64,000 bases of DNA from assembly GCF_006345805.1 (NCBI RefSeq), contig NC_042998.1, forward strand, positions 178,188,001 through 178,252,000, in the 5' to 3' direction. Within the stretch, counting starts at the first letter, position 1, and each line of letters begins with the position of its first letter. The position numbers and the translations under genes were made by a program. Source of the DNA: Octopus sinensis. Its lineage: Eukaryota. Positions 12,059-23,975 of this stretch are shown here, in pieces. Below the pieces are notes generated by a model. That model was not told where the DNA came from. It was given only the letters and a program-made list of their open reading frames with translations, and did no database searches.

Positions 12059-13027
12059 ACTAGCATTATGACCCGGCGTTGCCGGGTCATAGTGCTAGTT
12101 TGGTATAAATTTGTTAAATTAAAAATTTAGGGTAATAAAACATACAATGACATATTAAAAAGACGAATTATAAATCCAGAGAAAAATGCATAGAAGATAA
12201 ATATAAAACTTTACAAAAATACATAAAAGTTCATCTACGGGCCGTTTCGGAGATGCAACAATTAATATGAAACATATCATATATTTAAAATTGACACTCC
12301 CCTCGTCAGGATGTTTTTCACACACAACACATAGTACACGGAAACAAATGCACAATTACATACCTGCTACATGAGAAAGACCAGGCATTACGTACTCTCC
12401 AAAATTCTCATAGATACTGAATGCTACTTTATAAGCATATACTTCAACTTAGCAGCTATAGTAAATGGTATGCGCACAGCTCCATCTGGACTAATTCACT
12501 TCTGCACTCAATTAAATTTTTCATCTTTTAATTTCTCCCATTCATGCAAAGCCACATATTCGAGTTCAAGTCCTTGATACATTTTATACTAATTGCTATT
12601 TTTTCTTTTAATTGTTATATTACGATTTAATTACCATACTTAAGTTTTATTTTAATTACTACTTACTATATTTACTATATTTGATTCAATTGTTATTATT
12701 ACCTCTAACTTGTATTGCAATTTTTATTTCTAAATTTCTTATGGAACGTCGAGTGGATCTTATGCGTACAATATATTTTTATATGATGTTTATATATTTA
12801 TATATTACTATATATTTCTAAACGTCAGGCTTTATGTCTGAATATATGAATATATGTATGTGTTTGATCATTCTGTGGATTTTGAAGTGCTCTTGTAGTT
12901 GCTGTTCGCATTGCCTCCCCTCGGATTAAAAAGTGTATACAGGTCATTTGAGCACTACAATTCCAGTCTGTTATATATTTTGAGCGTTGTTGTCACTAAC
13001 GATCTCAAGATATAACTTTATATTTTG

Positions 13028-13065
<38 letters not shown>

Positions 13066-13316
13066 ACACATCCATATACATACAATAGAGAGATGTTTTT
13101 GTTTTACTTTTAACACGTAATACTGAAATAGTGGAGAAGATATGATATTGCTGTGGGCTCGCTCTAGGCAAGAAGTTAAACATTTTCTTTTTGCCCATGA
13201 CACTACATGGACCCTAAGTAAGGCATATGTAAAATTTGAATGAAATTGGTTGTGTAGTTTTCAAGTTTTAGGGAAACAGACAGACAGACGCACATTCTCA
13301 GTTTTATATAGAGATA
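12059..13316 (+). mobile_element. Helentron/HINE-like non-autonomous element with a terminal hairpin
   Basis: Starts ACTAGC...CCCGGCGTTGCCGGG (19-bp stem 12059-12099) and ends with (CAGA)n...TTTTATATAGAGAT. The same end structures bound 16040-16428. Confidence 0.5.
12232..12313 (-). ncRNA. Type I hammerhead ribozyme motif, second unrelated family
   Basis: Minus strand: CATC, CTGACGA, stem II GGGGAGTGTCAATT/AATTGTTGCATCTCC, GAAA, CG-GCC-C, GTA, GATG. Stem I is CATC/GATG. An AT-rich tail follows. Confidence 0.8.
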
Positions 13317-13468
13317 TATAGTTCACAAATGAGATCCAGAGATTCTCCGTATAGAAGACACTTAGCAGAACTCAAAAGATTCACACTTAGTCTCGGATGC
13401 CTTTAGAGGAGATCATTCTGCAAGGTAAAGAAATGCTATAAGAGGGATCATGTTGAGCGGGTATAGAG

Positions 13469-14065
13469 GCAATTATGCAGATAAACAAATTAGACACATT
13501 AAATATATTAAATATATTGAATGCATCAAATGCAAAATATGGATACATGTATACAAACAAAACTAGAGAAAGCGAATGATGGAAACTTTCAGATGATAAA
13601 TTTTCATGTGTAAATATATCGATATTTATATTAATAGGTCCAACTTACATAGCATACAAACGACAGAGAAAATTAAAGGGGTGGGTGAAAGGTATTATAA
13701 GTCCAATAGTTGTTTCTGGGGGCTCGGTGATCCATAATAATGTTGGTAGATTTAGTTCATCACGATATTAGGCTGTATGGATGCAATTAACATTGGATAA
13801 TCCATTATTATCGATCACTGAACCCCCAGAAACAGCTGTCGAACTTATAACACATTCCTCCCACCCCTTTGATTTCTCCCTGTCGTTTGTACTCTGTGTA
13901 AGTTGAACCCATTAATATAAATTCCTATATATTTATACAAAAAAATCCATCATCTAAATGTTACCACCTCGTTTTGCATGTATACATGTATACATATTTT
14001 GCATTTGATGTATTTATCATATTTAATATATTTGATATGTCTAATTTGTTCATCCGCACAGTTGC
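13469..14065. mobile_element. Foldback/MITE-like element with long, diverged inverted arms
   Basis: About 13469-13742 is the imperfect reverse complement of about 13803-14065 (e.g. CCCCAGAAAC/GTTTCTGGGG, AATTAGAC/GTCTAATT); spacer about 60 bp. Confidence 0.75.
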
Positions 14066-14096
14066 TTCAATGGGTGTGTATGTGTGTGCGCGTGTG

Positions 14097-14340
14097 AGTC
14101 TAGCGGCTTATGGATTAATGATTAGAGTGTTTCACTTATCATAGGATTTTGGTTTCGCTTTCTGAACCGACGGCCCCTTGTCTTCTTGAACAAAACACCC
14201 CATTTCGCGATGTTCCAGTCAACTCAGCTGGCAAAAAAGAGTAATCCTACGACTGACCGGTGTTCCTTCCAGGAGGTGAGAGATTACACTCGCTATAGAA
14301 TCCGAGGAACCGGGCTTATGGGCCTATGGTTCAGGAAGGT
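14097..14340 (+). mobile_element. Degraded tRNA-derived SINE (family of 46287-46540)
   Basis: Shares TCTTGAACAAAACAC...CCAGTCAACTCAGCTGGCAAAAA...GACTGAC with 46287-46540. Related relics at about 37480-37660 and 41060-41320. Confidence 0.6.
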
Positions 14341-14783
14341 TCCTTGATCCTATATAAGCATATATATATATATATTATATATATATATATATCAGGGGCA
14401 TGCGCCTAGGTTGGCAAAGTAGCCAGTGCCTACCTTGAATAAAATAGATCGGTAGCAACATTTTCCTTTTATGGCAAAATATGTGCCTAATTCAAAAAAA
14501 TTATGAGGTTACTCTAATTTCTATGCATAAAATACAAAATTTTTTTTTTTTTGTAGATTAGGTAGGTATAATTCGTCCGTTTTTCAATCTCAGTATTTAA
14601 GCTACGCATAGTACTGTCCTAGTACCCGTGCTGTGTACACTCCTATAACATCGTTTTTTTTTTATGTGTTATAAAGGTAGAAGTAAATCTGTTTTCAACT
14701 CAGTCGCGTGTGTGTTTCGCTTATTTCTTATGTGTTTTATTACATGAAAGTCAGCAACTGCCTACCCTGATTAATTACTGATA

Positions 14784-14849
<66 letters not shown>

Positions 14850-15067
14850 AGGTAAAGAATTGTTTTTCCGCTATCTAGTTCGCTGCTTAATAACTGTGAT
14901 TTAATTTTGTCCATTTGTTTCCATATGATAAATTAAATCCTAGTAGAAACTGAGGAACGATTAACCAACTTATATATCACTATTATCCATTGCACAAAAA
15001 CAAATCAGAATGTATCGAAAAATACATGTTGCTTATGTGATCTATTTTTTCTTGTTTTTCTTTTTAG

Positions 15068-15239
15068 TTTTCATTCTGTGTTGGAGCCCCTACATGATCT
15101 ACGACTTATTGCAAGTATACGACCTCCTGGAAGAAAATGTCGCTGTTGCTACATTCGTACAAAGTTTAGCGCCGCTAAACAGTGCAGCAAATCCTATTAT
15201 ATATGGGATTTTTACAACACGAATTTGTAAGAGCCTGAG
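15068..15239 (+). CDS. Internal coding exon (TM6-ECL3-TM7-helix 8) of a CCAP-receptor/NPSR-like neuropeptide GPCR
   Basis: Encodes (V)[56 protein letters not shown](R), with CWxP and NPxxY motifs. The DLLQV and [15 protein letters not shown] strings are recalled as characteristic of CCAP receptors. Polypyrimidine tract plus AG at 15066-15067 (phase 1); GT donor at 15240 (phase 2). Confidence 0.92.
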
Positions 15240-16039
15240 GTAAATTCTGCTATGTTATTATCTAAAAATATATCTTAAGTGCTACCAGTTGTATATTTGA
15301 ATTCGGCACGAATGATAAAGTATCGGACTTTAATCCGTTTAAGAATTAAGTATGGTAGGAGTGAATGTTCTGTAGTGTTCGACTTTTCTACTTCTTTAGT
15401 TGTCGATAAATACCTATAAATGACGTAAGAGCTATTCAAACGACTATATAATTCTCCTTACAACGTTGATCTTCTTTCCATTTAATATTTGGCGTTAAGT
15501 GCGTACATTAAAACGCAAGATGCTGGTGAGTCAGTGGTCTATTTATACATACTTGAAGTTTGTCCCCCTCACTTAGCGACTAATTCGAACGGATCAGTTT
15601 CTCAGTTTATTTAATGACTTAGATATAGGAGGAAGAATACCAGTAATGATCCTTTTCAGAGCCATCTAAACTAGCAGAAGGAAGAGACAAAGTTTGTCCT
15701 AGGACCAGGTTTCTGACCCGATTGCATTTCCTACAGAACAGAGTCCATTAAAGATCCTCGAGGACTAAGTAGCTGGTAGTGCATGAACGAAGAAAAGGAA
15801 CTGTACCTCTGATAGGGGTGCAAGACTCTTTCCGCAAATTTCTCCCCAAAGTTTTGCACGATCTGAAGCTATGGAATAAGATACTTGCCTAAGATGCCGT
15901 GTGGTTGGATCGATCCAGAAACTACGGAGTTACGAAATGAATTTCTTAACCTCACAACCATTGTCCTGCAAATATAGGCTTAGAATTGTACCAAATCAAA
16001 GAAAAATGTTAATTTTACATTATCTAATTTATAACATTA

Positions 16040-16428
16040 CTAGCAGTATCGCCCGGCGTTGCTCAGGTTTGTAAGGGAAATAACTATAAAGCATTTTTAG
16101 AGAGTTATAGCCAAAAAATAGCAAAAACATGGAAAAAAATGATGGTAAATTTTTTTTTTGATAGTTAAAAAATGTGGAGTTGCGTCCCCTACACAGTTTG
16201 TGGTTTGTGTTCCTGATTCTCGACCCCATGTCGAATTTATCGATTTTTTTCAGAACTGGGGGAACTTTTCAAAATTTTCGCTGCGTTAGTTTTGAATTAT
16301 GACATTGGGCTATGTGTGTGTGTCAAGTTTCATCAGAATCGGTTGAAAGCCGTGGTCAGGGTGAGGGTACAAGCAAACAGACACACAGAAACACGCACAG
16401 ACAAACTGCCGTTTATATAGAGAGAGAT
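16040..16428 (+). mobile_element. Helentron/HINE-like short element in the last GPCR intron
   Basis: Starts ACTAGCAGTATCGCCCGGCGTTGCTC and ends CAGACAAACTGCCGTTTATATAGAGAGAGAT; same architecture as 12059-13316. Confidence 0.55.
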
Positions 16429-16953
16429 TAATGATTCACTTGCAGGAAGAGTTGAACTCTACAGTGCAAATCACAAACATTCAGAAAATATATGTTGTTT
16501 CGTTGCTTTATAGCACTCATGTACTCATTTGATGTAGTGAACCATTCAACTCGGCAGTTCACAGAACTAGATCGACTAAGCTACTAAAATCTACCAGTCA
16601 GCATCATTGTTCCTTCAGAGCACTGCTTGACTTGTGGATTTTGCTATTCACAATTATCTCTGGTTAAATACGCAACAATTCTCGAATAATATATCTTTAC
16701 TATTATTCTACCTTAGCTATAGGCTTCTTTGATACTAGAATTTGAAATTGTATTGTTGTTGCTTTTTAGTCTTTTTTGGTTTATGTCTTCGTTACTATTG
16801 ATCTAGTTACACCGGCTAAAACACTATCAATAACTTAATCTACAAAATCAAGTCTTTGCCATGTTTCTTTCTCAAAAAACTACAATTTTATTTCATTTCT
16901 ATAAAATCAAAATCGGTGTATTATATATCTATTCTTTTTATTTTATACAACAG

Positions 16954-17206
16954 GAAAATGAAACGGATTAGAAATGGAGTTGGTATGGGTAGAATGAAGT
17001 ACTGTATGTCAAAACGACAAACTCAGCGGACGTCTACCTTCTATACAGATATAAGCTCTGTTCGTGAAGCAATGCAGAAATTTTCTTGTGGCTCTAACAC
17101 ATCTTTTCCTAAAGTGACTTGCTCCAACAGTAAAATGGATGCTTCACAAAATGCCGCTGCTAATGAATTCCAACCGATATGTCGAACGGTCAGCAGCAAT
17201 ATATAA
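16954..17206 (+). CDS. Terminal coding exon (cytoplasmic C-tail) of the same GPCR
   Basis: Acceptor TTTTATACAACAG ends at 16953. AG|G rebuilds the Arg codon in frame, giving RKMKRIRNG...RTVSSNI and stop TAA at 17204-17206. The tail is Ser/Thr-rich. Confidence 0.8.
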
Positions 17207-17741
17207 ACTTTGGTTGACTCAGGATCTAAATAATAACAGGTGTAGAGAAACATGTGTGAAACTTCATTTGTTCTAATATAAACTACTAATAACATGGATA
17301 AAAAAAGGAAGGAAAAATAAGTAAATATTTGTTTATTTAAAATTAGATTTTGTGAATGAAATATGATTTTAAGAATTATTAATAGATACATTTAATAATT
17401 AAGGATATCTATTGGTAAATGCTAATGACAAATTCCTCAAATATTTATTTACTGATGATTCATTTTTCGCCAAGTATACGCACAATTGTAAAGAAACACA
17501 TGTAAACATAACAATTATATATATAGGAGAGTATTGTAGTTCGCTTGAAAAAGTTGTGTATTGTTTGTATAGTGTTTTGAATGGCACAATACATTATAAT
17601 AACTGTTGTAATTTAATCATCCATAATCTGATATATTTCGGAATATAAAATTCCTTCTTCAGATACTCCTAGGAAGTCGCTACTATAACCGGTTTTCTCT
17701 ATGTATATATATATATATATATATATATAGCATATTTTCCT

Positions 17742-17799
17742 AAAATTGTTGTATTATATAGGGAGAGATATAGATAGATAGATAGATAGATAGATAGAT

Positions 17800-17830
<31 letters not shown>

Positions 17831-18049
17831 AAAGAGAGAGATAGAAAATATAAATCAGGAACAGTAGCATATTTTCCTAAATGTCAAATCTGCCCATAGG
17901 TTGTTCCACTTCATTAAAAACAACACTTTATATATATATATATATATATATAAAGTGTTGTTTTTAATGAAGTGGAACAACCTATGGGCAGATTTGACAT
18001 TTAGGAAAATATGCTACTGTTCCTGATTTATATTTTCTATCTCTCTCTT

Positions 18050-18130
<81 letters not shown>

Positions 18131-18158
18131 ATCTCTCCCTATATAATACAACAATTTT
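17742..18158. repeat. Near-perfect palindrome centred on a (TA)n tract
   Basis: Unique sequence mirrors exactly around about 17929-17952. The arms differ only in the (GATA)n/(GA)n tract (length and one slip). Confidence 0.92.
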
Positions 18159-18686
18159 AATGTAATTTTATGGCATATTTTCATAGTATTCCAAGTAAGC
18201 TGCACTAGTGTAAATTATTTTTAGTTTCTCCAAATTTTCTGAAATATTAGACGATGGGAAACAAAGAAGCGTTGTGTTCATGCTTTTCCAAAGGGGGTTA
18301 ATGTTGTGAGTGAAATAAGTTGAAGTTGCTACGACTGGGAATCAAAAATAAGTAGCAGAATCTGCTCGCTGAAAGCATATTTTTTTAATTTATTAAGTTT
18401 TATATCAAATCCGATTCGCTAAACGTCTAGCAACATACACCCTTAACCTAACTTCTTGTAGTTCTGCAGGTTTTTCAGGAAAGGAATACTAGCCCAATAC
18501 CTTATCCATAGTCGATCTTTTTTCTCTTACGAGTTCATTTGGACTAATCCGACGTTATACTAATTAACATGATAATAAGATTTTTACTATTTTGTGGTAC
18601 ATACTTGTCACTAAGAGGGCTGGAAATTGCGCATTAAGTGTTTTGACAAACAGAACTCTTAAATATATCATACAGTACATCAGACA

Positions 18687-19133
18687 AAGGCGGCGAGCTG
18701 GCAGAAACGTTAGCACGCCGGGCGAAATGCGTAGCCGTATTTCGTCTGCCGTTACGTTCTGAGTTCAAATTCCGCCGAGGTCGACTTTGCTTTTCATCCC
18801 TCCGGGGTCGATAAATTAAGTACCAGTTACGCACTGGGGTCGATATAATCGACTTAATCCGTTGTCTGTCCTTGTTTGTCCCCTCTATGTTTAGCCCCTT
18901 GTGGGCAATAAAGAAATAAGAAACGTTAGCGCCCGGGCGAAATGCTTAGCGGTATTTCGTCTGTCGTTACGTTCTGAGTTCAAATTCCGCCGAGGTCGAC
19001 TTTGCCTTTCATCCTCTCGGGGTCGATAAATAAACTACCAGTTTCGCACTGGGTCGATGTAATCGACTTAATCCCTTTGTCTGTCCTTGTTTGTCCCCTC
19101 TATGTTTAGCCCCTTGTGGGTAGTAAAGAAATA
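18687..19133 (+). mobile_element. Head-to-tail dimer of a tRNA-derived SINE inside one target-site duplication
   Basis: Two monomers (about 18687-18919 and 18920-19133). ATACAGTACATCAGACA occurs at 18670-18686 and 19140-19156. Confidence 0.85.
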
Positions 19134-20789
19134 TATATTATACAGTACATCAGACATTTCAAAAATGTTGAATGAATATTATTCAGCTGCAACGTGAGTG
19201 CTCTTAAGCAAAGAGTATACTCTCGACAGAACGCATCTGTAAGACAGTGTCAACCTCTGATTGTAAGTGTTTCACTTCAATGATATTGATTATGCCCTTA
19301 GCAATAAGGTAATTGTTCCCATTTATTTTTCAAATCAAATTCAGTTTCTATTGCAATGAGTCGTTAATGGAATTCGGAAAGGCATGAGCATCATCAACAT
19401 CCACCCCCGGTTTCCTTTAAGGTTCAAAACTTTGTGCGTAGTCAACTGGAACCTTTATAAATCGGTTATTAAATTTTTTATGAATGAAGGGAAAAGGACA
19501 ATATTCAATGCGTCCATTATTCCTCTTTTGCTTTTGATTCCATAATTGTTTTATAACCCTCGCAAAACTTCAGTAATTTATATATTTCTTGAGTATCATT
19601 ACAATGTCGTAAACTACTTTGAAAGTAATATTCTTGGGAAAAACTTTTCAAGCCAATTCAGATTCCTCATTGTATATATTTCTCTTTTCTTGAGGAAGGC
19701 AAGAATTCCTCACCTCAATCTGCGCTTTCGTACAATGTACGCAAAATGTTCATTTTGTCAAATATATATATAAAAAAAACGGGTAGTGAATTATTGTGGA
19801 AGCAAATGTAAAAGATCATTTTGGCATGTTTACATATTTTCATTATTGATGATGATGTTTGATTGAATAATATTAAATTTTGTTTTTCATTAATATTAAA
19901 TGCGACTTTTATGCTTTTTTTTTCTTTTTGAATCTTGTTTTTTCCTAAAGACCAGTTCAAATTCTCCATTAGAGTTTATCATTGCATTACATGAAGTAAT
20001 TTGTTAGTTATACTTTTCACAGTCTTGAAACGAAGAAAAAAAATTAAAGATGCCGGTGTTAAAGCCAATTACTTTGTCGATCCAGGCTGAAAATAAGTTT
20101 TAAAGTAGATTTGCTGCGTCAGTGAGTTGTGTGAAATTAATTTCTACAATATCATTAAGTTTGTTACATTCTGATTGAATATGAAGCTGTAAACATTGAT
20201 TAAGGGACGAAATTGAAGACGTAATCAAAATCTTTAGTCTAATGCAGTAAATTTATTCATTAAAATACAGAAAGAAAACCTAAAAAAAAAAAAACCTTCG
20301 AAAGAGTTGGCTTCATTTTTAAGCTGTAGACATATTCTTTGTTTGATGTGAATTGCAAGTTTTAAATATCTAATGTTGAATAATAGGTTAGCATTAGTTT
20401 ATGGTTACTTCGTTTACTGAATGTTTTTTTCTGAATTTTAAGTAAACAAAACTATATTATAAGTGAAGAGTAGCATAAAGACTATATCTATATATAAAGC
20501 CCTAGTTATTAGTGAAGTGTAGCATATTTACATAAAATGTCCATTACCCTAATGCAGGTTGAGATAAGGTAATGGTAAAGTGTTTTCATATTATCTCATC
20601 TCACGATGAGTAACAAAGGATCTCATTGTCAAACCAGTTACTCTGGTTATGTATATTCTCAAACTTTGATTTAATACACATTCCTCTGAAACCATTAAAT
20701 TATTCCTTTTACATTTTCCTTTGAAGTGATTACTGTAGAAATGAATTGTTAAGACCGGAAAAATACGTGAGTTCATGACTGTTTCCTGC

Positions 20790-21240
20790 ACCAGCTTCAC
20801 ATAGAAGCCCCAGTCCATCCAAAGTACCTTGGATCGCAGGATGGCCTGCTGTGCTTGCCTTGGATCGTAAGGCGACCTGCTGTGCGTGAGGAGACCTATT
20901 GAGTCAAGTATATCAACAACATCAAAATAAAAATCATCAAATGGAAATTGTAGTTGTAATATCCGTGCCAGCGCCGCCTTGACTGGCTTCCGTGTCGGTG
21001 GCACGTAAATAGCACCATCCGATCCTGGCCGTTGCCAGCCTCCCCTGGCTCATATGCCGGTGGCACGTACAAAAGCACCCACTACACTCACAGAGTGGTT
21101 GGCGTTAAGAAGGACATCCAGCTGTAGAAACACTGCCAGATCAGACTGGAGCCTGGTGCAGCCTCCTAGCTTCCCAGACCTCGGTCGAACCGTCCAATCC
21201 ATGCTAGCATGGAAAACAGACGTTAAATGATGATGATGAG
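20790..21240 (+). mobile_element. Interspersed repeat with internal GTG(C/T)CGGTGGCACGTA repeats and a (GAT)n tail
   Basis: The internal unit recurs at about 20993 and 21055. It ends CCATGCTAGCATGGAAAACAGACGTTAAATGATGATGATGA, a retroposon-type tail. Confidence 0.6.
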
Positions 21241-21369
21241 TATATGAATCACATTCCTGTTCCGCATGATTAAGTTTTTATACTTGTGTTGTGAGTTATT
21301 TATTATTATTTTCGTATACACGTAACATATATGACTGTTGGAAAAGAAAAAAATCCTAACATCGAGCTA

Positions 21370-21766
21370 CAATAAATAACCTTAGATACCAAGAACCCTC
21401 CTAAGTATCCTAGCTGTCCCTAATAACACTATTTTCTGGAGCTGTACTAAACTGGCTTTTGTGCCTATTTTCTCTGTCCATCTGTTCAAATCTTTAGCGA
21501 TAGTCCCTAATGCACCTATATCTACTGCTATGCATTTTACCCGCACTTTCCATAGTCTCTGTAATGGCTAGGTCCTGGTGCTTTGCTATTTATTCTATAC
21601 CTCTCATATTGATTTTTTTCATCATTTGGGACCGTAAAGTCAATTATCTATTTGAGTAAGGCTTTCCTCTTTTGATTTGCATAACCTACATTGGGAATCT
21701 ACTTAGTTTTTTGTCTATCTTGGCTTTTATCCAATTAGTCCTTAATGCTTGATCTTTTGCAGCTGT
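21370..21766 (-). mobile_element. Highly diverged R4/Dong-type LINE fragment with internal deletion
   Basis: The minus strand reads AAKDQALRTNWIKAKIDK, then broken REL-domain remnants (KHQDLA). Abuts the (ATT)n tract at 21767. Confidence 0.55.
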
Positions 21767-21799
21767 ATGATTATTATTATTATTATTACTATTATTATA

Positions 21800-21892
<93 letters not shown>

Positions 21893-21895
<3 letters not shown>

Positions 21896-23975
21896 TAGTA
21901 TATTTTTTATAGCGTGCTTTCACTTCACTACCGAGCGCAGCTCTGTGTGCCTTGGGTATGTGCTGTGATTTGTTGTGATGCTCTGATGGTTATTGTATGG
22001 AAAGTGTTCTGCGTAGGGTGTGTGCAGTGCCTAGTAGTGCAATTTTCTGTATGTTATATGTGTTTGTAAGTCCTGGTGTTTTTGTTATGTATTTGTCTGA
22101 ATATTTTTTTATCATGCCTAATGCACCTATTATGATAGGAATTGCTTGTTTTTAGATTCCACATTCTGGTTACCTCTATTTCCAGGTCTTTGTATTTTGA
22201 AAGTTGTCATCCGCTGGTATTGTTTCATCAATTAGAAAACATTTTTTTCTTCATGATCTCTGACAACTATATCTGGTCTGTTGGCCTTAATTTCTCTATC
22301 TGTATGTATTGGCATATCCCAGAGTATGGTTGCTTTCTCGTTTTCTATGACCTTTTCTGTTGTTATTCCATAATATTGGCATAGTTTCCAGTGTATATAG
22401 TTCCCAACTATGTCGTGTCTGTGAATATATTCCTTCTTAGCCAGGACTGGGCAGCCAGAGATAATATTATTTATTGTTTCTTGTCCATCTCCACATATTC
22501 TGCAGTTACTTGTTATATTTCTTTTCGTTACATGTTTTTGGTAATTTCTGGTGAGGAGACTTTGGTCTTATGCTGCAATTAAAAATCCTTCTGTCTCTGC
22601 TTTGAGTCCTGAGCTTCTCAACCATTGTTGGGATTTTTCTTTGTCTATTTCTTTTGCTTTTAGTTTAGTCCAGTATTTGCCATGAAGGGGCTTTTCTTGC
22701 CATCGTTTTATAATGGTTCGTTGCTGTTCTATTTTTAGTTTGGATTTCATTTGTTTTATAGCTTTTGTTGTTTCTTCATCTTCTTCTTCTTCATAGTTGT
22801 TAGGTGGTATGATTTCTTGTTGTATTTGTCAGCTTCCTTAAATACTGAGAACAGTTTTTTGTTTTGCTCGTGTTTTGCTGCTATTTGTATCAGTTTTCTT
22901 TCCTTCTGAAGTAGATATTTTTGCAGTCCTATGGTGGTTATTTTATAGTAGTTTTCCAGCTGTAAAAGGCCTTTACCACCATCTATACGTTGTGTATATA
23001 GCCTTTCTATGTCAGATTTGGGGTGATGCATCCTAGATCCTGTCATCATTTTTCTTGTTTTCCTATCTATTTTGGTCATTTAGTTTCCAGTTAAGGATAT
23101 TGTAGCTGTAACTTATAACTGGGACGGCTAAAGTGTTGATACCTATTATCTTATTTTTAGCATTGAGCTCTGTTTTCAGTATTGATCTAACTCGTCTATA
23201 ATATTCTTTTTTTATTTTCTCTTTAATTTGTGTGTGTTGTGTCTTATCTAGTTCATAGATTCCTAAGTATTTGTAAGTTTGGCTTTGGTCTAATTCTTTT
23301 ATTTCATTGGTTTTATCTAGTGTGATGTTGCTACTCTTAACTAGTTTTCCTCTTTTCAGGGTTACTTTGGCGCATTTCTCTAATCCAAATTTCATATCTA
23401 TTTCTTTGGTAAAACTATGAACTGTCTTTAGTAGTGTTTCCAGCTGTTTGTCATTTGTAGCGTATAGTTTTAGGTCATCCATATATAAAAGGTGGCTGAT
23501 CGTTTTGCCGTAACATTTATATCCGCATCCAGTTCTGTTTAGCATATCCGATAGAGGTGACAGTGCCAAGCAGAAAAAGAGTGGAGAGAGCGTATCTCCC
23601 TAGAATATTCATCTTCTAATGGGGATGGCTTTGGTTTTCACAAGTCCCTCTTTTGTTTGGAGCTGTAGCACTGTTTGCCATTTATTCATAGAGTGTCCTA
23701 TGTATTTTATAATTGTTGGTGCAACTTTGTTCATGGCTAGTGTTTCGAGGATCCATGTGTGGGGGATGCTATCAAACGCCTTTTTGTAGTCGATCCAGGC
23801 CATACTGAGGCCTTTCTTCTTTCTGTGGCTGTCTTCAGTTATGGCTTTATTGATCATTAGTTGATCTTTACAGCCATATGAGCCTTTGCGGCATCCTTTC
23901 TGCTCTTCTGGAAACAGGTTGTTTTCGTCCAGGTGCTTGTTCAATCTTTGCGATATTAGGGAGACAGGTTATAGG
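21893..23975 (-). mobile_element. 5'-truncated R4/Dong-type non-LTR retrotransposon, copy A (RT + CCHC + restriction-like endonuclease)
   Basis: ORFs 23609-23944 (EQKGCRKGS, WIDYKKAFDSIPH), 23063-23569 (HLLYMDDLKLY), 22756-23079 and 22568-22750. The 3' end runs into (TAA)n. Confidence 0.92.

Noticed and set aside
13320-13430. Exon-like segment ending CTGCAAG|GTAAAG
   Set aside because: Stops occur in all three frames upstream and there is no GPCR similarity.
15010-15067. ATG-initiated N-terminal part of ORF 15010-15243
   Set aside because: This is the intronic polypyrimidine tract; the receptor homology starts at the acceptor at 15068.
16431-16460. Alternative acceptor TTCACTTGCAG in the last GPCR intron
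   Set aside because: Would add only RKS before a stop; weak pyrimidine tract and no supporting evidence.
16856-16953. N-terminal part of ORF 16856-17206
   Set aside because: Intronic AT-rich sequence upstream of the CAG acceptor.
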